64,000 bases of DNA, from positions 192,001 to 256,000 of the forward strand of contig CAVSGI010000004.1 in the NCBI GenBank assembly GCA_963727445.1. Reading direction: 5' to 3'. Origin of the DNA: an uncultured delta proteobacterium. GTDB lineage: Bacteria > Myxococcota_A > Polyangia > Polyangiales > B10-G4. This document shows, one piece after another, positions 1 to 11,703 of the stretch; the stretch's first letter is position 1; every line of letters begins with the position of its first letter. The notes below the pieces were generated by a model. It had not been told where the DNA came from. It made no database searches and worked only from the letters and a program-made list of their open reading frames with translations. A program made the translations under genes and the position numbers.

Positions 1-163
1 AACCCGCCGCGCCTCGAATCGTGGCGAGGAAGACCGACGCCATCCCGCCCGTGGCTATCTCGAAACGCAGCTGATACCGACCGAAGCGCTGCTGGTCGCC
101 GTCAGTGATGACCGTCGGCTCGATCTCCTCACCGTCGAGGATGCTGAGCAGCTCCTCCGGCAT
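1..163 (-). CDS. Ser/Thr protein kinase, N-terminal part (runs off the window's left edge)
   Basis: Manual translation from the ATG at 163: MPEELLSILDGEEIEPTVITDGDQQRFGRYQLRFEIATGGMASVFLATIRGAAG. This is a typical myxobacterial kinase subdomain I. The start overlaps the stop of the upstream gene. Confidence 0.8.
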   Translation of the reverse strand, partial: MPEELLSILDGEEIEPTVITDGDQQRFGRYQLRFEIATGGMASVFLATIRGAAG

Positions 164-996
164 CACATCGGCCAGGTCGGCGCGGAGAACTGCGTGTCGT
201 CGCTCTGCCCCCCGCTCGACGCGGCCACCGCGATGATGATCACCGCGGCGATCACCGCCGCCGCCCCGACGCCGATCAGGATGGGGACCAGGAGCCCGCT
301 GCCCCCGTCGTCCGCGGCGAGGATGGCGCCGTCCTCTCCCACCTCCGAGATCGAGGTGCTCAGTGGCGACTCTGGCGATCCGGCGCGACTGATCACGGCG
401 CCTCCCGGTCCGACCGCCTCCGCGTAGTACGTGAGGGTCGCCCCGGCGCTCGCCACCACGCTGAGCTCCTCACCCGTGCCCGTCGTCCAATCCTCGGACC
501 CGAGCGGCCGCCCGCCGATGCGAACCTCCCGAACCAGCCCGCCGCGGTCTCCTGCGAGCTCGGTGACGACGCGGGCGCCGCCCGGCATCGCTTCGACCCG
601 CGCGACGACCACCACCCGCTCTCCGGATTCGCTGAGACGCGTGAAGGCCTCCCGCATCGGCGGAGGGATGGCGCGGCCCATCTCGCGGTTGGGGTCGACG
701 CTCGCCAGCTGCGTCAGCGTCGCCTCCATGGCGCTCTCGTCCCCGAGCGCGAGCTGGGCGAGGGCACGCCCCTCGAGGAGCGCGAGCAGGTCGTCTCGCG
801 TCAGGTCGGAGGCCGCCTCCGCTGCGTCGAAGGCATGGAGGGCGCCCTGGAAATCGGCCGACTCGTACAGCCCGAAGCCGTGGTCCACGAGCGGATGCGC
901 GTACGCAGTGCAAGCTCCCCCAACACTCCATACGAGCCCCACGAGGACCGCCCAGAAACAGCAAAGTCGGGCGCGAGAGGGCATGAGCAAGAGCAA
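163..996 (-). CDS. Hypothetical exported protein with TPR-like N-terminus and C-terminal TM helix
   Basis: Signal-like N-terminus ending AYA, helical TPR-like segment, and C-terminal hydrophobic LLVPILIGVGAAAVIAAVIIIAVAA. Translationally coupled to the kinase. Start uncertain. Confidence 0.6.
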   Translation of the reverse strand: MLLLMPSRARLCCFWAVLVGLVWSVGGACTAYAHPLVDHGFGLYESADFQGALHAFDAAEAASDLTRDDLLALLEGRALAQLALGDESAMEATLTQLASVDPNREMGRAIPPPMREAFTRLSESGERVVVVARVEAMPGGARVVTELAGDRGGLVREVRIGGRPLGSEDWTTGTGEELSVVASAGATLTYYAEAVGPGGAVISRAGSPESPLSTSISEVGEDGAILAADDGGSGLLVPILIGVGAAAVIAAVIIIAVAASSGGQSDDTQFSAPTWPM

Positions 997-1105
997 ATCG
1001 TAGAGGGGGGTCGTGGCCCCTGTAAAGCGAGCGGCCCACCGATGCCGCGTTTCAGTGTGCGTCCATGTGGGCGCGACAAAACGCGTGTACTCGTCTCAGC
1101 CCAAT

Positions 1106-2251
1106 TCAGGGATGGTCGCAGCTTCGCAGCCCGATCAGCTCCACCAGTGCATGCACTGCGGGGCGCAGATCGGCCTGGCAGATCGACTGCACGGTGGAGG
1201 AGGGCGCGAGCGCCGCCGCCGCACGCACCAGCCGCGTCGGGGGATAGGCCACGCCGCGCCCTGGCACGTCGCACGACGGAACCGGGCTCTCCGGGTCGGT
1301 CGGGTCGACCATGAAGCGCATGCGGGGGTCCGCGAGCAGGCGGCTGTAGGTGCGGTCTGAGTCGTCCACCAGGTCGAGGGGCACGCCGCCGATGATCGCC
1401 AGAGCGAGGCGGTCGTCCGGACCGGCGCGAAGGGCCGCCATCCCATCCAAGAAGCGACTCACCGGGTAGAGCGCCTCGGCTTCGTGGAGCGCGCAGCGCA
1501 CGTTCGGGTGCTCGGGATAGACCGGTGACTCGGGGTCGAAGAGGAGCGGGTCGCTCGCCGAGCAGTCGTCTTCGTCGGTGACGACGACGACCGCCAGGAA
1601 CGAACCCTCGCGGAGGAAGCCCGCGTTCGTGTCACCGCCGTGGCCGGTGGTGCCGCCTTCGAAGCGGAGGTCCGAGGTGGCGGGCGTCAGCGCCTTGAGC
1701 GTCGCTTCGAGGGGCTGTTCCTGTCCACAGCCGTCGGTGCCCACGTTGATGATGCAGGACAAATCGTCCACCAGCGCCTCCGCGTCGCTCGCATCGCCTC
1801 CGCCGTAGGTGAGGAAGCTCGGAAAGGGCCTCAGACACGCAAAGTCGCGGGGGTTGCCGACGCTGCGCAGGATGCCGTCACCTCCGCGGCGTCGCTCGCA
1901 GGAGCCAATCCGCACGCCGCCGGCTCCGAGGTCGGTGGTGATGACGCCGAGGTGCATGTTCGCGATCGGGTTCCAGTCGACCGTGCCGTCCCCATCGAGA
2001 TCGGGCGGCGCGACCAGCGACTCGATCAAGCGCGGCATCTCCGCGGCGAGCGACACCTGCTCCTCCTCCATCGACTGGCTGTTGTCGATCACGAAGAGGA
2101 CGTCCACCGGGTCGTCGATCTCGCACCGCCCGGGCGCGTCCACCCCGGCGTCCACGATCGCGACTGCCGAGGAGTCCGGGATCTTCAGTCCGGTCTTGGC
2201 GCCGCAGCCCACCGAGAAGCCGAGCACAGTGGCGAGGGCGAGACGAAGCAC
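1106..2251 (-). CDS. Myxobacterial vWA-like Cys-rich lipoprotein
   Basis: Lipobox-like SVGC, MIDAS-like VDVLFVIDNSQSMEEEQ, HLGVITTDLG and FLAVVVVTDEDDCS. Start placed at GTG 2251. Confidence 0.7.
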   Translation of the reverse strand: MLRLALATVLGFSVGCGAKTGLKIPDSSAVAIVDAGVDAPGRCEIDDPVDVLFVIDNSQSMEEEQVSLAAEMPRLIESLVAPPDLDGDGTVDWNPIANMHLGVITTDLGAGGVRIGSCERRRGGDGILRSVGNPRDFACLRPFPSFLTYGGGDASDAEALVDDLSCIINVGTDGCGQEQPLEATLKALTPATSDLRFEGGTTGHGGDTNAGFLREGSFLAVVVVTDEDDCSASDPLLFDPESPVYPEHPNVRCALHEAEALYPVSRFLDGMAALRAGPDDRLALAIIGGVPLDLVDDSDRTYSRLLADPRMRFMVDPTDPESPVPSCDVPGRGVAYPPTRLVRAAAALAPSSTVQSICQADLRPAVHALVELIGLRSCDHP

Positions 2252-2306
2252 GTCGTCCGAAGGTAGCAGCCCTCCACTGGTGGGCCACCAGGGCAGGGCC
2301 GAGCCC

Positions 2307-4611
<2,305 letters not shown>

Positions 4612-4615
<4 letters not shown>

Positions 4616-5313
4616 GCGGCACCTCCGAGGTGGGCTCCGAGGGAGGTGAAGAGGGACAGCCCCTGGTCGTTGCCCAGGATCGCTTCGGAGGCGCGCTCTG
4701 GATGCGGCATCATGCCGAGCACGTTCTTCTCTTCGTTGTAGATCCCCGCGATGTTGGCGATGGACCCGTTGGGGTTGGCGGGGAAGGCGTCGTCCACGTC
4801 GCCCTCGGCGGTGCAGTAGCGAAAGGCGATGCGGCCCTCGCCCTCGAGGGCTTCGAGGGTCGCCGCGTCACATTGGTAGCGCCCGTCCGCGTGCGCGATG
4901 GGAAGGCGAAGCACCTCGCCCTTGCCGATGGCGGCGGTGAAGGGACCGTCGGCTTCGACCCGACAGAAGACGTCCCGGCATTCGAAGCGGAGCTGTTGAT
5001 TGCGGGTGAGGGCGCCGGGCAGCAGGCCGAGCTCGGTGAGCACCTGAAAGCCGTTGCAGATGCCGAGGATGGGCCCGCCCTTCTTCGCGAACGCACGGAT
5101 GGCGTCGACGATGGGGCTGAAGCAGGCGATGGCGCCCGGCCGGAGGTAGTCCCCGTAGGAGAAGCCACCGGGGATCACCACGGCATCGGTGCCGCCGAGC
5201 GAGTCCTCTTTGTGCCAGACGTAATCGGCGTCCGCGCCGAGCACGTCCCGGACGGCGTGCAGCGCGTCCCAGTCCGCGTTGCTTCCTGGAAATCGTACGA
5301 CCGCGATCTTCAA
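4612..5313 (-). CDS. purQ: Phosphoribosylformylglycinamidine synthase glutaminase subunit PurQ
   Basis: [23 protein letters not shown] and GMMPHPER motifs; overlaps the purL start. Confidence 0.95.
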
Positions 5314-5445
5314 CGAGTCCTCCTGGCCATGCGCGCGGCAGGATACGGAGGGGTCCGGGTGGCGGCAACGCGGCGATGATGGCAGCGGAAAAGCGGCTGT
5401 TTTCGCTTTCTCGAGGAGACGGTGAAGGAGAGAGCCTCCTCATGC

Positions 5446-5467
5446 GTCAAAAGCACGTGTTTTTGAC
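5446..5467. promoter_or_regulatory. 22-bp near-perfect palindrome in the divergent purQ intergenic region (putative TF operator)
   Basis: GTCAAAAGCAC/GTGTTTTTGAC with one mismatched pair; AT-rich against a GC-rich background. Confidence 0.45.
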
Positions 5468-5495
5468 CCACCCAGGGCCCGGGGGCACCCTCTAG

Positions 5496-6428
5496 GTGAT
5501 GCTCCGCCGCGAATGCAGCGCCGTCGTTTGGTGCCGGGTCGCCCTGGCCATCGCAATCTCCGGGGCTTGTCTCGCCGCGCCCGCGAGCGCGCAGACCGGC
5601 GCCCGGCACATCGACTCGCTCCGGTCGCTGCAGCGCGCTTGCCGTCAGGCCGAAGGGGAAGGGCGCCGCGAGCTCCTGGTCCTGAGCTTCCCCGCCGGCA
5701 GCTGGCGCTTCGGCCGCTACGACGCGCGTGAAGGCTTTCTGCCCATCGACACCCGACGCAACCTCCGCGCCTTCGATGGTGCCGCCGAGCTCTTTCCCTC
5801 CGGCATGGAGGAGGTGGGCTTCATCGTCGGGGAGGAGCGCGCGACGGAGCTGCGACGCCGCGCGGAAGACCTCACCCTCCGCGTCGCCTTCTTCCTCGGC
5901 TTCGACGACACCACCCGCACCCTCTGTCTCGTCCGCCCCGCGGTCGGCGTCACGACCGTCCGCATGGACGTCGCGTTCCTCGAGCTGACGGCGCGACGTC
6001 ACGTCGTGGCCCGTCAGGACACGGACCGACTCCGCGCCTGGATGGACGACGCCGAGCGCGACGCGATCCCGGGGGAGGGCCCGCGCGGAGCGATCGGCGC
6101 CGCCACGCGGAGCGACGGTGCGGGCATCGCGCCCGAGAGCTGGCAGCAGGTGATCGCCGCCGAAAACCGGGGCAGGACGGCGCGCGCCCTCTCGCGCTGC
6201 CACGCCGAAGGCCTCTCGCACGGCGCCTCCGACGGCACGATCGTGGTGCGGGCCCTGGTCGACCCGCGCACCGGGCACGTGAGCCGCACCGAGGTGGAGC
6301 TCTCGAGCGTGGGCAACGACGCGGCCGCCGCGTGCGTGGCCCAGGCCGTCTCGCACATCGCCTTCGCGCCCGAGCCTGCGCTGGGCAGCTCGGTGATGCT
6401 GAGCCTGCCCGTTCGCCTCATCCACTGA
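5496..6428 (+). CDS. Hypothetical exported protein with C-terminal AgmX/PglI (TonB-C-like) domain
   Basis: Signal peptide ending ASA. C-terminal ...LSRCHAEGL...GTIVVRALVDPRTGHVS...AAACVAQAVSHIAF...LPVRL pattern typical of myxobacterial TonB-C-like domains. Confidence 0.55.
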   Translation: MMLRRECSAVVWCRVALAIAISGACLAAPASAQTGARHIDSLRSLQRACRQAEGEGRRELLVLSFPAGSWRFGRYDAREGFLPIDTRRNLRAFDGAAELFPSGMEEVGFIVGEERATELRRRAEDLTLRVAFFLGFDDTTRTLCLVRPAVGVTTVRMDVAFLELTARRHVVARQDTDRLRAWMDDAERDAIPGEGPRGAIGAATRSDGAGIAPESWQQVIAAENRGRTARALSRCHAEGLSHGASDGTIVVRALVDPRTGHVSRTEVELSSVGNDAAAACVAQAVSHIAFAPEPALGSSVMLSLPVRLIH

Positions 6429-6431
6429 CCG

Positions 6432-6959
6432 CTACTGCGCGGTGAGGCGGTCGAGCTCGCCCGCGTAGCGGTCGGCGAGGCGGCTGATCTGTCGAACGAG
6501 GGAGCGAAAGGCGCGGCGATCGAAGTTCGAGTCCGTGTTGAGGATCATGGACAGGCGGATCTCGCCGTCGGCGGCGTTCCACTCGAGCTTGCCCACGAGG
6601 AGCGCCCAGTTGAGCTCCATCAGGCGCCGGAGCACGCCGGGCGTGCTGGCGGCATCGGGCGGCGCGGTCGCGAGTCGCGCGACGTAGATGTAGACGGTGT
6701 CGGTTTCGTCGCTGTACACGAGGTGCACCGCCAGCTCGCGCTCCGACGTCGTCGCGCGCTGGGTGAACGCGCATCGCGCGCGCGTCTCGGTGACGGTCTC
6801 GCAGCTGTGGGGGATCGAGAGCGCCGTCAGCTCCGCGTCGATGGCTTCGAGGTACCGAGGCGCAGGTCGCGCGGCGTCGGCGTCCTGCGCGTGCAGGGGA
6901 GACGACGAGAGGAGCGTGCCGACGGTGACGCAGGTCGCGACGAGGATCGAAGTGCGCAT
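6432..6959 (-). CDS. YbjN/CesT-like chaperone-fold protein with signal peptide
   Basis: VLRRLMELNWALLVGKLEWNAADGEIRL resembles YbjN; N-terminal signal ending LHA; TACCCT lies 7 nt before ATG 6959. Confidence 0.55.
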   Translation of the reverse strand: MRTSILVATCVTVGTLLSSSPLHAQDADAARPAPRYLEAIDAELTALSIPHSCETVTETRARCAFTQRATTSERELAVHLVYSDETDTVYIYVARLATAPPDAASTPGVLRRLMELNWALLVGKLEWNAADGEIRLSMILNTDSNFDRRAFRSLVRQISRLADRYAGELDRLTAQ

Positions 6960-6993
6960 CCGCGGGAGGGTACCAGCTCCCCAAAGCCCGGGC

Positions 6994-7626
6994 TCAGCGC
7001 AGAATGTCGAAGTTCCCGTGGCCGAGGTCGTTGACCTGATGCTCCGGGAGGAGCAGGCGCATGAAGACCACACCCATGCACTGATCCTTGGCGACGGTGC
7101 CGAAGTTGCGGCTGTCGTCCGAGGAGTGGAATCGGTTGTCGCCGAGGAGGTAGAGCCGCCCCTCCTCCACCTCGTAGTTGGTCAGAGCAAAATCGCGGCT
7201 GGGGCGCTTGAAGATGCCGTGCTCGTGGTTGCCGAGCTTCTCGGTACCCAGCTGCACCGTGTCGGTCCGGTCGTTGAGGGTGTCGGTGAACTGCAGCTCG
7301 CCCTGCCAATCCACGTCCGGGCTCTGGCCGTTGATCACCAGCTGGCCACGGCTCGACTCGACGGTGGCGTGGGGCGGCCCGACCACTCGGCCCATCACCA
7401 GGTCCCGAGGGTTTTCGGGGTTGGTGCAGACGGCGATGTCGCCGAGGGTGATGTCGCTGCTCTTCCAGACGAGCACCGTGTCACCGGCTTCCATGGTCGG
7501 GGCCATTCCGTTGTGACCCACCACCATGATCTCGACCATCGTGAGGCGGAGGATGACCCCGATCACGAAGAGAATCGCCGCGAACCACGCGACGAACTTG
7601 AGGACCGGCTTCCAGAGCTCCCGCAT
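6994..7626 (-). CDS. Signal peptidase I (S26) homologue lacking the catalytic Ser and Lys
   Basis: TM helix; box B HNGMAPT (normally SGSMxPT); box D VMGRVVG (normally IKRVIG); box E GDNRFHSSDDSRNFG intact. Confidence 0.8.
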   Translation of the reverse strand: MRELWKPVLKFVAWFAAILFVIGVILRLTMVEIMVVGHNGMAPTMEAGDTVLVWKSSDITLGDIAVCTNPENPRDLVMGRVVGPPHATVESSRGQLVINGQSPDVDWQGELQFTDTLNDRTDTVQLGTEKLGNHEHGIFKRPSRDFALTNYEVEEGRLYLLGDNRFHSSDDSRNFGTVAKDQCMGVVFMRLLLPEHQVNDLGHGNFDILR

Positions 7627-7689
7627 GAATCTCGCCGGAATTTCCCGGGGTTGATCTCGCCTGTCAACAAAGGAGATACCCTGCGCCGC

Positions 7690-9132
7690 ATGCGGCGAGC
7701 ATTCTGTGCGCTTCTGACCATCATCGCTGTCGGGTGTGGAGCCTGTGAGGAGGAGGACCCGACCCTTGGCACGGAGCGTCCCGAGGAGGTGACGACCGAG
7801 CCGCCGCCCCCGGTCGCCGTCGACGCGCCCGCCAACGCCATCGACGCAGCGCGGGTCCGGGCGCTCCTCGAGTCGTGGCTCGCCGCCCAGAACGCCGGAG
7901 ACTTCGAGGCCTACGAGGCGCTTTATGCCGAGCGTTTCGAGGGCGTGAAGCGCTCCGGCGAGCGGACCTACAGCTACGATCGGGCGCAGTGGCTCGACGA
8001 CCGCCGGCGGATGTTCGCCGGGCCGATGCAGGTGAGCGCAGAGGACGTCCGCGTGTCGAGCGCTTCCGAGGCGGCGGTGCTCACCTTCGAGCAGCACTGG
8101 TCGAACGCGACCTACAGCGACGTCGGCGAAAAGCAGCTGGTGCTGGTGCAGGTGAACGACGAGCTCCGGATCGGGCGGGAAGAAATGCTCGACAGCCGCA
8201 TCCTGGGCCACGGCGAGGTGAGCGCCCCGCCGCTCGCCTCCTTCCTGTTGGTGGTCGACGCCGGCGCGCCATATCTGTTGCTCTCCACCGAGGTCGACGA
8301 AGCGCTCGGGCGCGGTCCACTCACGCTGACGTCGCGTGCGCGCCCGGCCTCCGCCGCGCGCGGCGTGGACCCGGCGGGTCTTCCGGAGCCGCTGCGCGCG
8401 CTGATCGGCGCGCAGGTGGAGGCCTACGACGCGCGCTCACGGGTGTGCACCGGCAACGTCGGCGCGCCGGTGATCGTCCATCGCGTCGTCCCGCACTTCA
8501 GCACGGTTCAGCATTGGGATGGGGATCTCGGTGGCTCGCCGAGCAGCGACCCAGAGATCGCGGCCGACGTCTGGGAGCTCGGATCGAGCGGCGCCATCCT
8601 GGCGGCGCCGCTCGAGGGCGAGGACTGTGAGCGCGCGCTGTGGGCGCGCCTGCCCGCGGACGAGCATCCGCGGCTCTTCACGCAGAGCCTGGCCGAGGGT
8701 CGCGCGCAGGTGGCCGCCCTCTCGGCGTTCCGGAGGCTCCCCGCGCACGCGGCGATCCAGCGCGACTTCCGGAGCTACGGCCGAGGTCACACGGGCGACT
8801 GGGATTCCTATGGCAGCGCGCAGCCCATGGCCATCCGCTGGATTGAGCCAGGGATGGGGCGTGAGCTCGTCACGGTCACCGCCCGCGTCGGGACGGACTG
8901 CGCCGATTTCAACGGGGCGATGTGGTCGGTCTTCGAGGCCAGCTCCGAGGAGCTGACGCCGCTCACCGATCCCGAGGCGCCGGGGTTTTACCAGCCAAGG
9001 GCCATCCTCGACGCCGATGGGGACGGGCGGGTGGAGATCGTGATCGAGGACGGGCTCCTGACCCGTTCCGCGGAAGGGGGCTTCGCGCGGGTCCTCGACG
9101 TCTCGCCGCCCTACCTCGACTGCGATTGTTGA
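7690..9132 (+). CDS. Lipoprotein with NTF2/SnoaL-like domain
   Basis: Lipobox-like AVGC; VRALLESWLAAQNAGDFEAYEALYA...YSDVGEKQLVL NTF2-like segment; ends CDC. Confidence 0.6.
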   Translation: MRRAFCALLTIIAVGCGACEEEDPTLGTERPEEVTTEPPPPVAVDAPANAIDAARVRALLESWLAAQNAGDFEAYEALYAERFEGVKRSGERTYSYDRAQWLDDRRRMFAGPMQVSAEDVRVSSASEAAVLTFEQHWSNATYSDVGEKQLVLVQVNDELRIGREEMLDSRILGHGEVSAPPLASFLLVVDAGAPYLLLSTEVDEALGRGPLTLTSRARPASAARGVDPAGLPEPLRALIGAQVEAYDARSRVCTGNVGAPVIVHRVVPHFSTVQHWDGDLGGSPSSDPEIAADVWELGSSGAILAAPLEGEDCERALWARLPADEHPRLFTQSLAEGRAQVAALSAFRRLPAHAAIQRDFRSYGRGHTGDWDSYGSAQPMAIRWIEPGMGRELVTVTARVGTDCADFNGAMWSVFEASSEELTPLTDPEAPGFYQPRAILDADGDGRVEIVIEDGLLTRSAEGGFARVLDVSPPYLDCDC

Positions 9133-9181
9133 GCCCCCGAGCGCCCGCTGGCGACCGCGAAACAGTCGTGGTAGGACGCTA

Positions 9182-9517
9182 GTGAAAGTGAAAGTCTATT
9201 TCAACAAGAGCGTCGCGCGCGACGATGGCGCGGGAGATCTTGCGAGGGCGGCCGAGGTCGCGCATCCAGGACCCGTCTTGGAAACGCGTACTCTCGCCGA
9301 CGTACCGATCGGCTCGGCGGCGACCGTCGAGAGGGTCGGCGGCCGTCGCGACATCGCGATCCGTTTGATGGAGATGGGCTTGCTTCCGGGGACGCGGGTG
9401 GAGGTGCTTCGCGTCGCGCCCCTCGGTGATCCCATCGAGCTGCGCGTGCGCGGGTTCGCGCTTTCGATACGTCGCGCCGAGGCGAAGAGCGTCGAGGTGC
9501 GAGAGGAGGCGGGTTGA
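9182..9517 (+). CDS. feoA: Ferrous iron transport protein A
   Basis: RLMEMGLLPGTRVEVLRVAPLGDPIELRVRGFALSIRRAEA; start uncertain. Confidence 0.92.
   Translation: MKVKVYFNKSVARDDGAGDLARAAEVAHPGPVLETRTLADVPIGSAATVERVGGRRDIAIRLMEMGLLPGTRVEVLRVAPLGDPIELRVRGFALSIRRAEAKSVEVREEAG
9188..9204. promoter_or_regulatory. Fur-like box at the feoA start
   Basis: TGAAA-GTCTA-TTTCA perfect 5-5-5 inverted repeat, resembling the deltaproteobacterial Fur motif; sits at an iron transport gene. Confidence 0.7.
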
Positions 9518-11703
9518 CCAGCGTCGCGCCACCCGCGTTCAGCGAGACGGCGACGCGAGAGGTCGCCGAAGCACGCATGCCGGTGGTGCTCCTCGCCGGC
9601 AACCCGAACGCCGGCAAGACCACGCTCTTCAACGCGCTCAGCGGCGCGAGAGCGAAGGTCGGAAACTATCCGGGCATCACGGTGGCGCGCCGCTCCGCGA
9701 AGCTGAAGCTCGAGGGCCGCGAGGTGGAGCTCGTCGATCTGCCGGGCACATACAGCTTGAGCGCGCGTTCGGCGGAAGAAGAGGTGGCGGTCGACGCGGT
9801 CCTCGGCCGGCGCGGTGACCCCGCGGCGCTGGTGGTGGTGGTCGTCGACGCCTCGTCGCTGAGCCGGGGCCTCTACCTCGCGCAGCAGGTCGTGGAGACC
9901 GGCCTGCCGTTGGTGGTGGCCCTGTCGATGATGGACGAGGCGCGCGCGCTCGGCATCGGCATCGACGCCGACGCGCTGGGGCGGAAGCTGGGCGCACCGT
10001 GCGTGCCCATCGTCGCCACGCGGGGCGAGGGGCTCGACGCTCTCCAAAAGGCGTTCGAGGATGCCCTCGACGCGGAGGAGGCGCCCACGGCTCGGCTCCT
10101 GCCGCTGCCCGAAGCCCTCGACATCACCCCCGTCGAGCGCGCGGTGAGCGCATGGCTCGAGCCCGAGACGGCGGCGATTCGGCGTGCGTGGGCGCTGTGG
10201 GCGCTGCTCAGCGTGGGCGAGGACGAGCTGGACGTGCCCGCGTCCCTGCGCGACGCGGTGAAGGCGGCGAACGAGCCGCACGACTACGGGGGCGAGCTGA
10301 TCGCGGCGCGCTACGCACGTATCGACGAGATCGTCGACAGCGCCGTCACCGAGCCGACGACCGCGCCGAAGGTATCGAAGACCGAGCGCGTCGACCGCGT
10401 CCTGCTCCACCCGCTCTGGGGGTTCTTGGTCTTCCTGGTCGTCATGGCGCTCCTCTTCGAAGGGCTCTTCGCGTGGACCGATCCATTGATTGGTCTCATC
10501 GAGAACGCCGTCGCGTGGACGCAAGACGCCACCGCGACGCTCCTTCCTCCGGGTCCCTTCCGCGACCTGGTGGTGGAGGGCGTCATCGCGGGGGTGGGCA
10601 ACGTCGTGGTCTTCGTTCCGCAGATCGGGCTGCTCTTTCTGTTCATCGGATTTCTCGAGGACTCCGGTTACCTCGCTCGCGTCGCCTTCACGCTCGACCG
10701 TCTGATGGGCGGCATCGGCCTGCACGGGAAGGCCTTCGTGCCGATGCTCTCCGGCTTCGCCTGCGCCATTCCGGCGGTCATGGCCACGCGCACCATCGAG
10801 AGCCGTCGCGACCGTCTGTTGACCATGATGGTGGTGCCGCTGACCTCGTGTAGCGCGCGTCTGCCGGTCTACGTCCTGGTCATCGCGGCCGTCTTCGCGC
10901 CAGCGCAGGGAGGACTCGTCCTCTTCTTCATGTACCTTCTGTCGCTCGTCGCCGCGCTCACGGCAGCCTTCGTGCTCCGGCGAACCGTCCTCAAGGGGCC
11001 GAAGCCGCCGCTGGTGCTCGAGCTCCCGCCCTACCGCATGCCAGTGGCGAAGAACCTCCTCGCGAGCACCTGGGAGCGGGTGCGCGCCTTCCTGGTGGAC
11101 GCCGGCACGGTGATCCTCGCCCTCACCATCGTCCTGTGGGCGCTTCTGAGCTATCCCCACGATCCCGCCATCGAGGCGCGCTACGACCAGCTCCGCGACG
11201 AAGCGGCCGAGACCAGCAGCCCCTCCGCGCTCGAAGTGCGCCTCGCCGAGCTCGACGGAGAGGAAAACGGCGCGCAGCTCCGGCACTCCTTCGCCGGCCG
11301 GCTCGGCCACGCCATCGAGCCGATCATCGAGCCCCTCGGCTTCGATTGGCGCATCGGCGTCGGCATCATCGGGGCGTTCGCGGCGCGCGAGGTCTTCGTC
11401 TCCACCCTCGGCGTGGTCTTCGGCATCGCCGACGCCGACGAGCAGAGCACGCCGCTACGCGACTCCCTCGGGGCTGCAACCTGGCCCGACGGGCGCCCCC
11501 TCTTCACGCCGCTGTCCGGACTGTCGCTGATGATCTTCTTCGTGCTCGCCTGCCAGTGCATGAGCACGCTCGCGGTCGTGAAGAAGGAGACGGGCGGCTA
11601 TCGCTGGCCGGCCTTCCTCGTCGGCTACATGACCGTCCTCGCTTATTCGGTGACCTTCGCCGTCTATCAGATCGGCAGCGCCTTCGGCTGGGGGACCGGG
11701 TGA
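9514..11703 (+). CDS. feoB: Ferrous iron transport protein B
   Basis: G1 GNPNAGKTT, VGNYPGITV, DLPGTYSL, LEDSGYLAR, GFACAIPA and CSARLPVY; multiple TM helices. Confidence 0.96.
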   Translation: MTSVAPPAFSETATREVAEARMPVVLLAGNPNAGKTTLFNALSGARAKVGNYPGITVARRSAKLKLEGREVELVDLPGTYSLSARSAEEEVAVDAVLGRRGDPAALVVVVVDASSLSRGLYLAQQVVETGLPLVVALSMMDEARALGIGIDADALGRKLGAPCVPIVATRGEGLDALQKAFEDALDAEEAPTARLLPLPEALDITPVERAVSAWLEPETAAIRRAWALWALLSVGEDELDVPASLRDAVKAANEPHDYGGELIAARYARIDEIVDSAVTEPTTAPKVSKTERVDRVLLHPLWGFLVFLVVMALLFEGLFAWTDPLIGLIENAVAWTQDATATLLPPGPFRDLVVEGVIAGVGNVVVFVPQIGLLFLFIGFLEDSGYLARVAFTLDRLMGGIGLHGKAFVPMLSGFACAIPAVMATRTIESRRDRLLTMMVVPLTSCSARLPVYVLVIAAVFAPAQGGLVLFFMYLLSLVAALTAAFVLRRTVLKGPKPPLVLELPPYRMPVAKNLLASTWERVRAFLVDAGTVILALTIVLWALLSYPHDPAIEARYDQLRDEAAETSSPSALEVRLAELDGEENGAQLRHSFAGRLGHAIEPIIEPLGFDWRIGVGIIGAFAAREVFVSTLGVVFGIADADEQSTPLRDSLGAATWPDGRPLFTPLSGLSLMIFFVLACQCMSTLAVVKKETGGYRWPAFLVGYMTVLAYSVTFAVYQIGSAFGWGTG

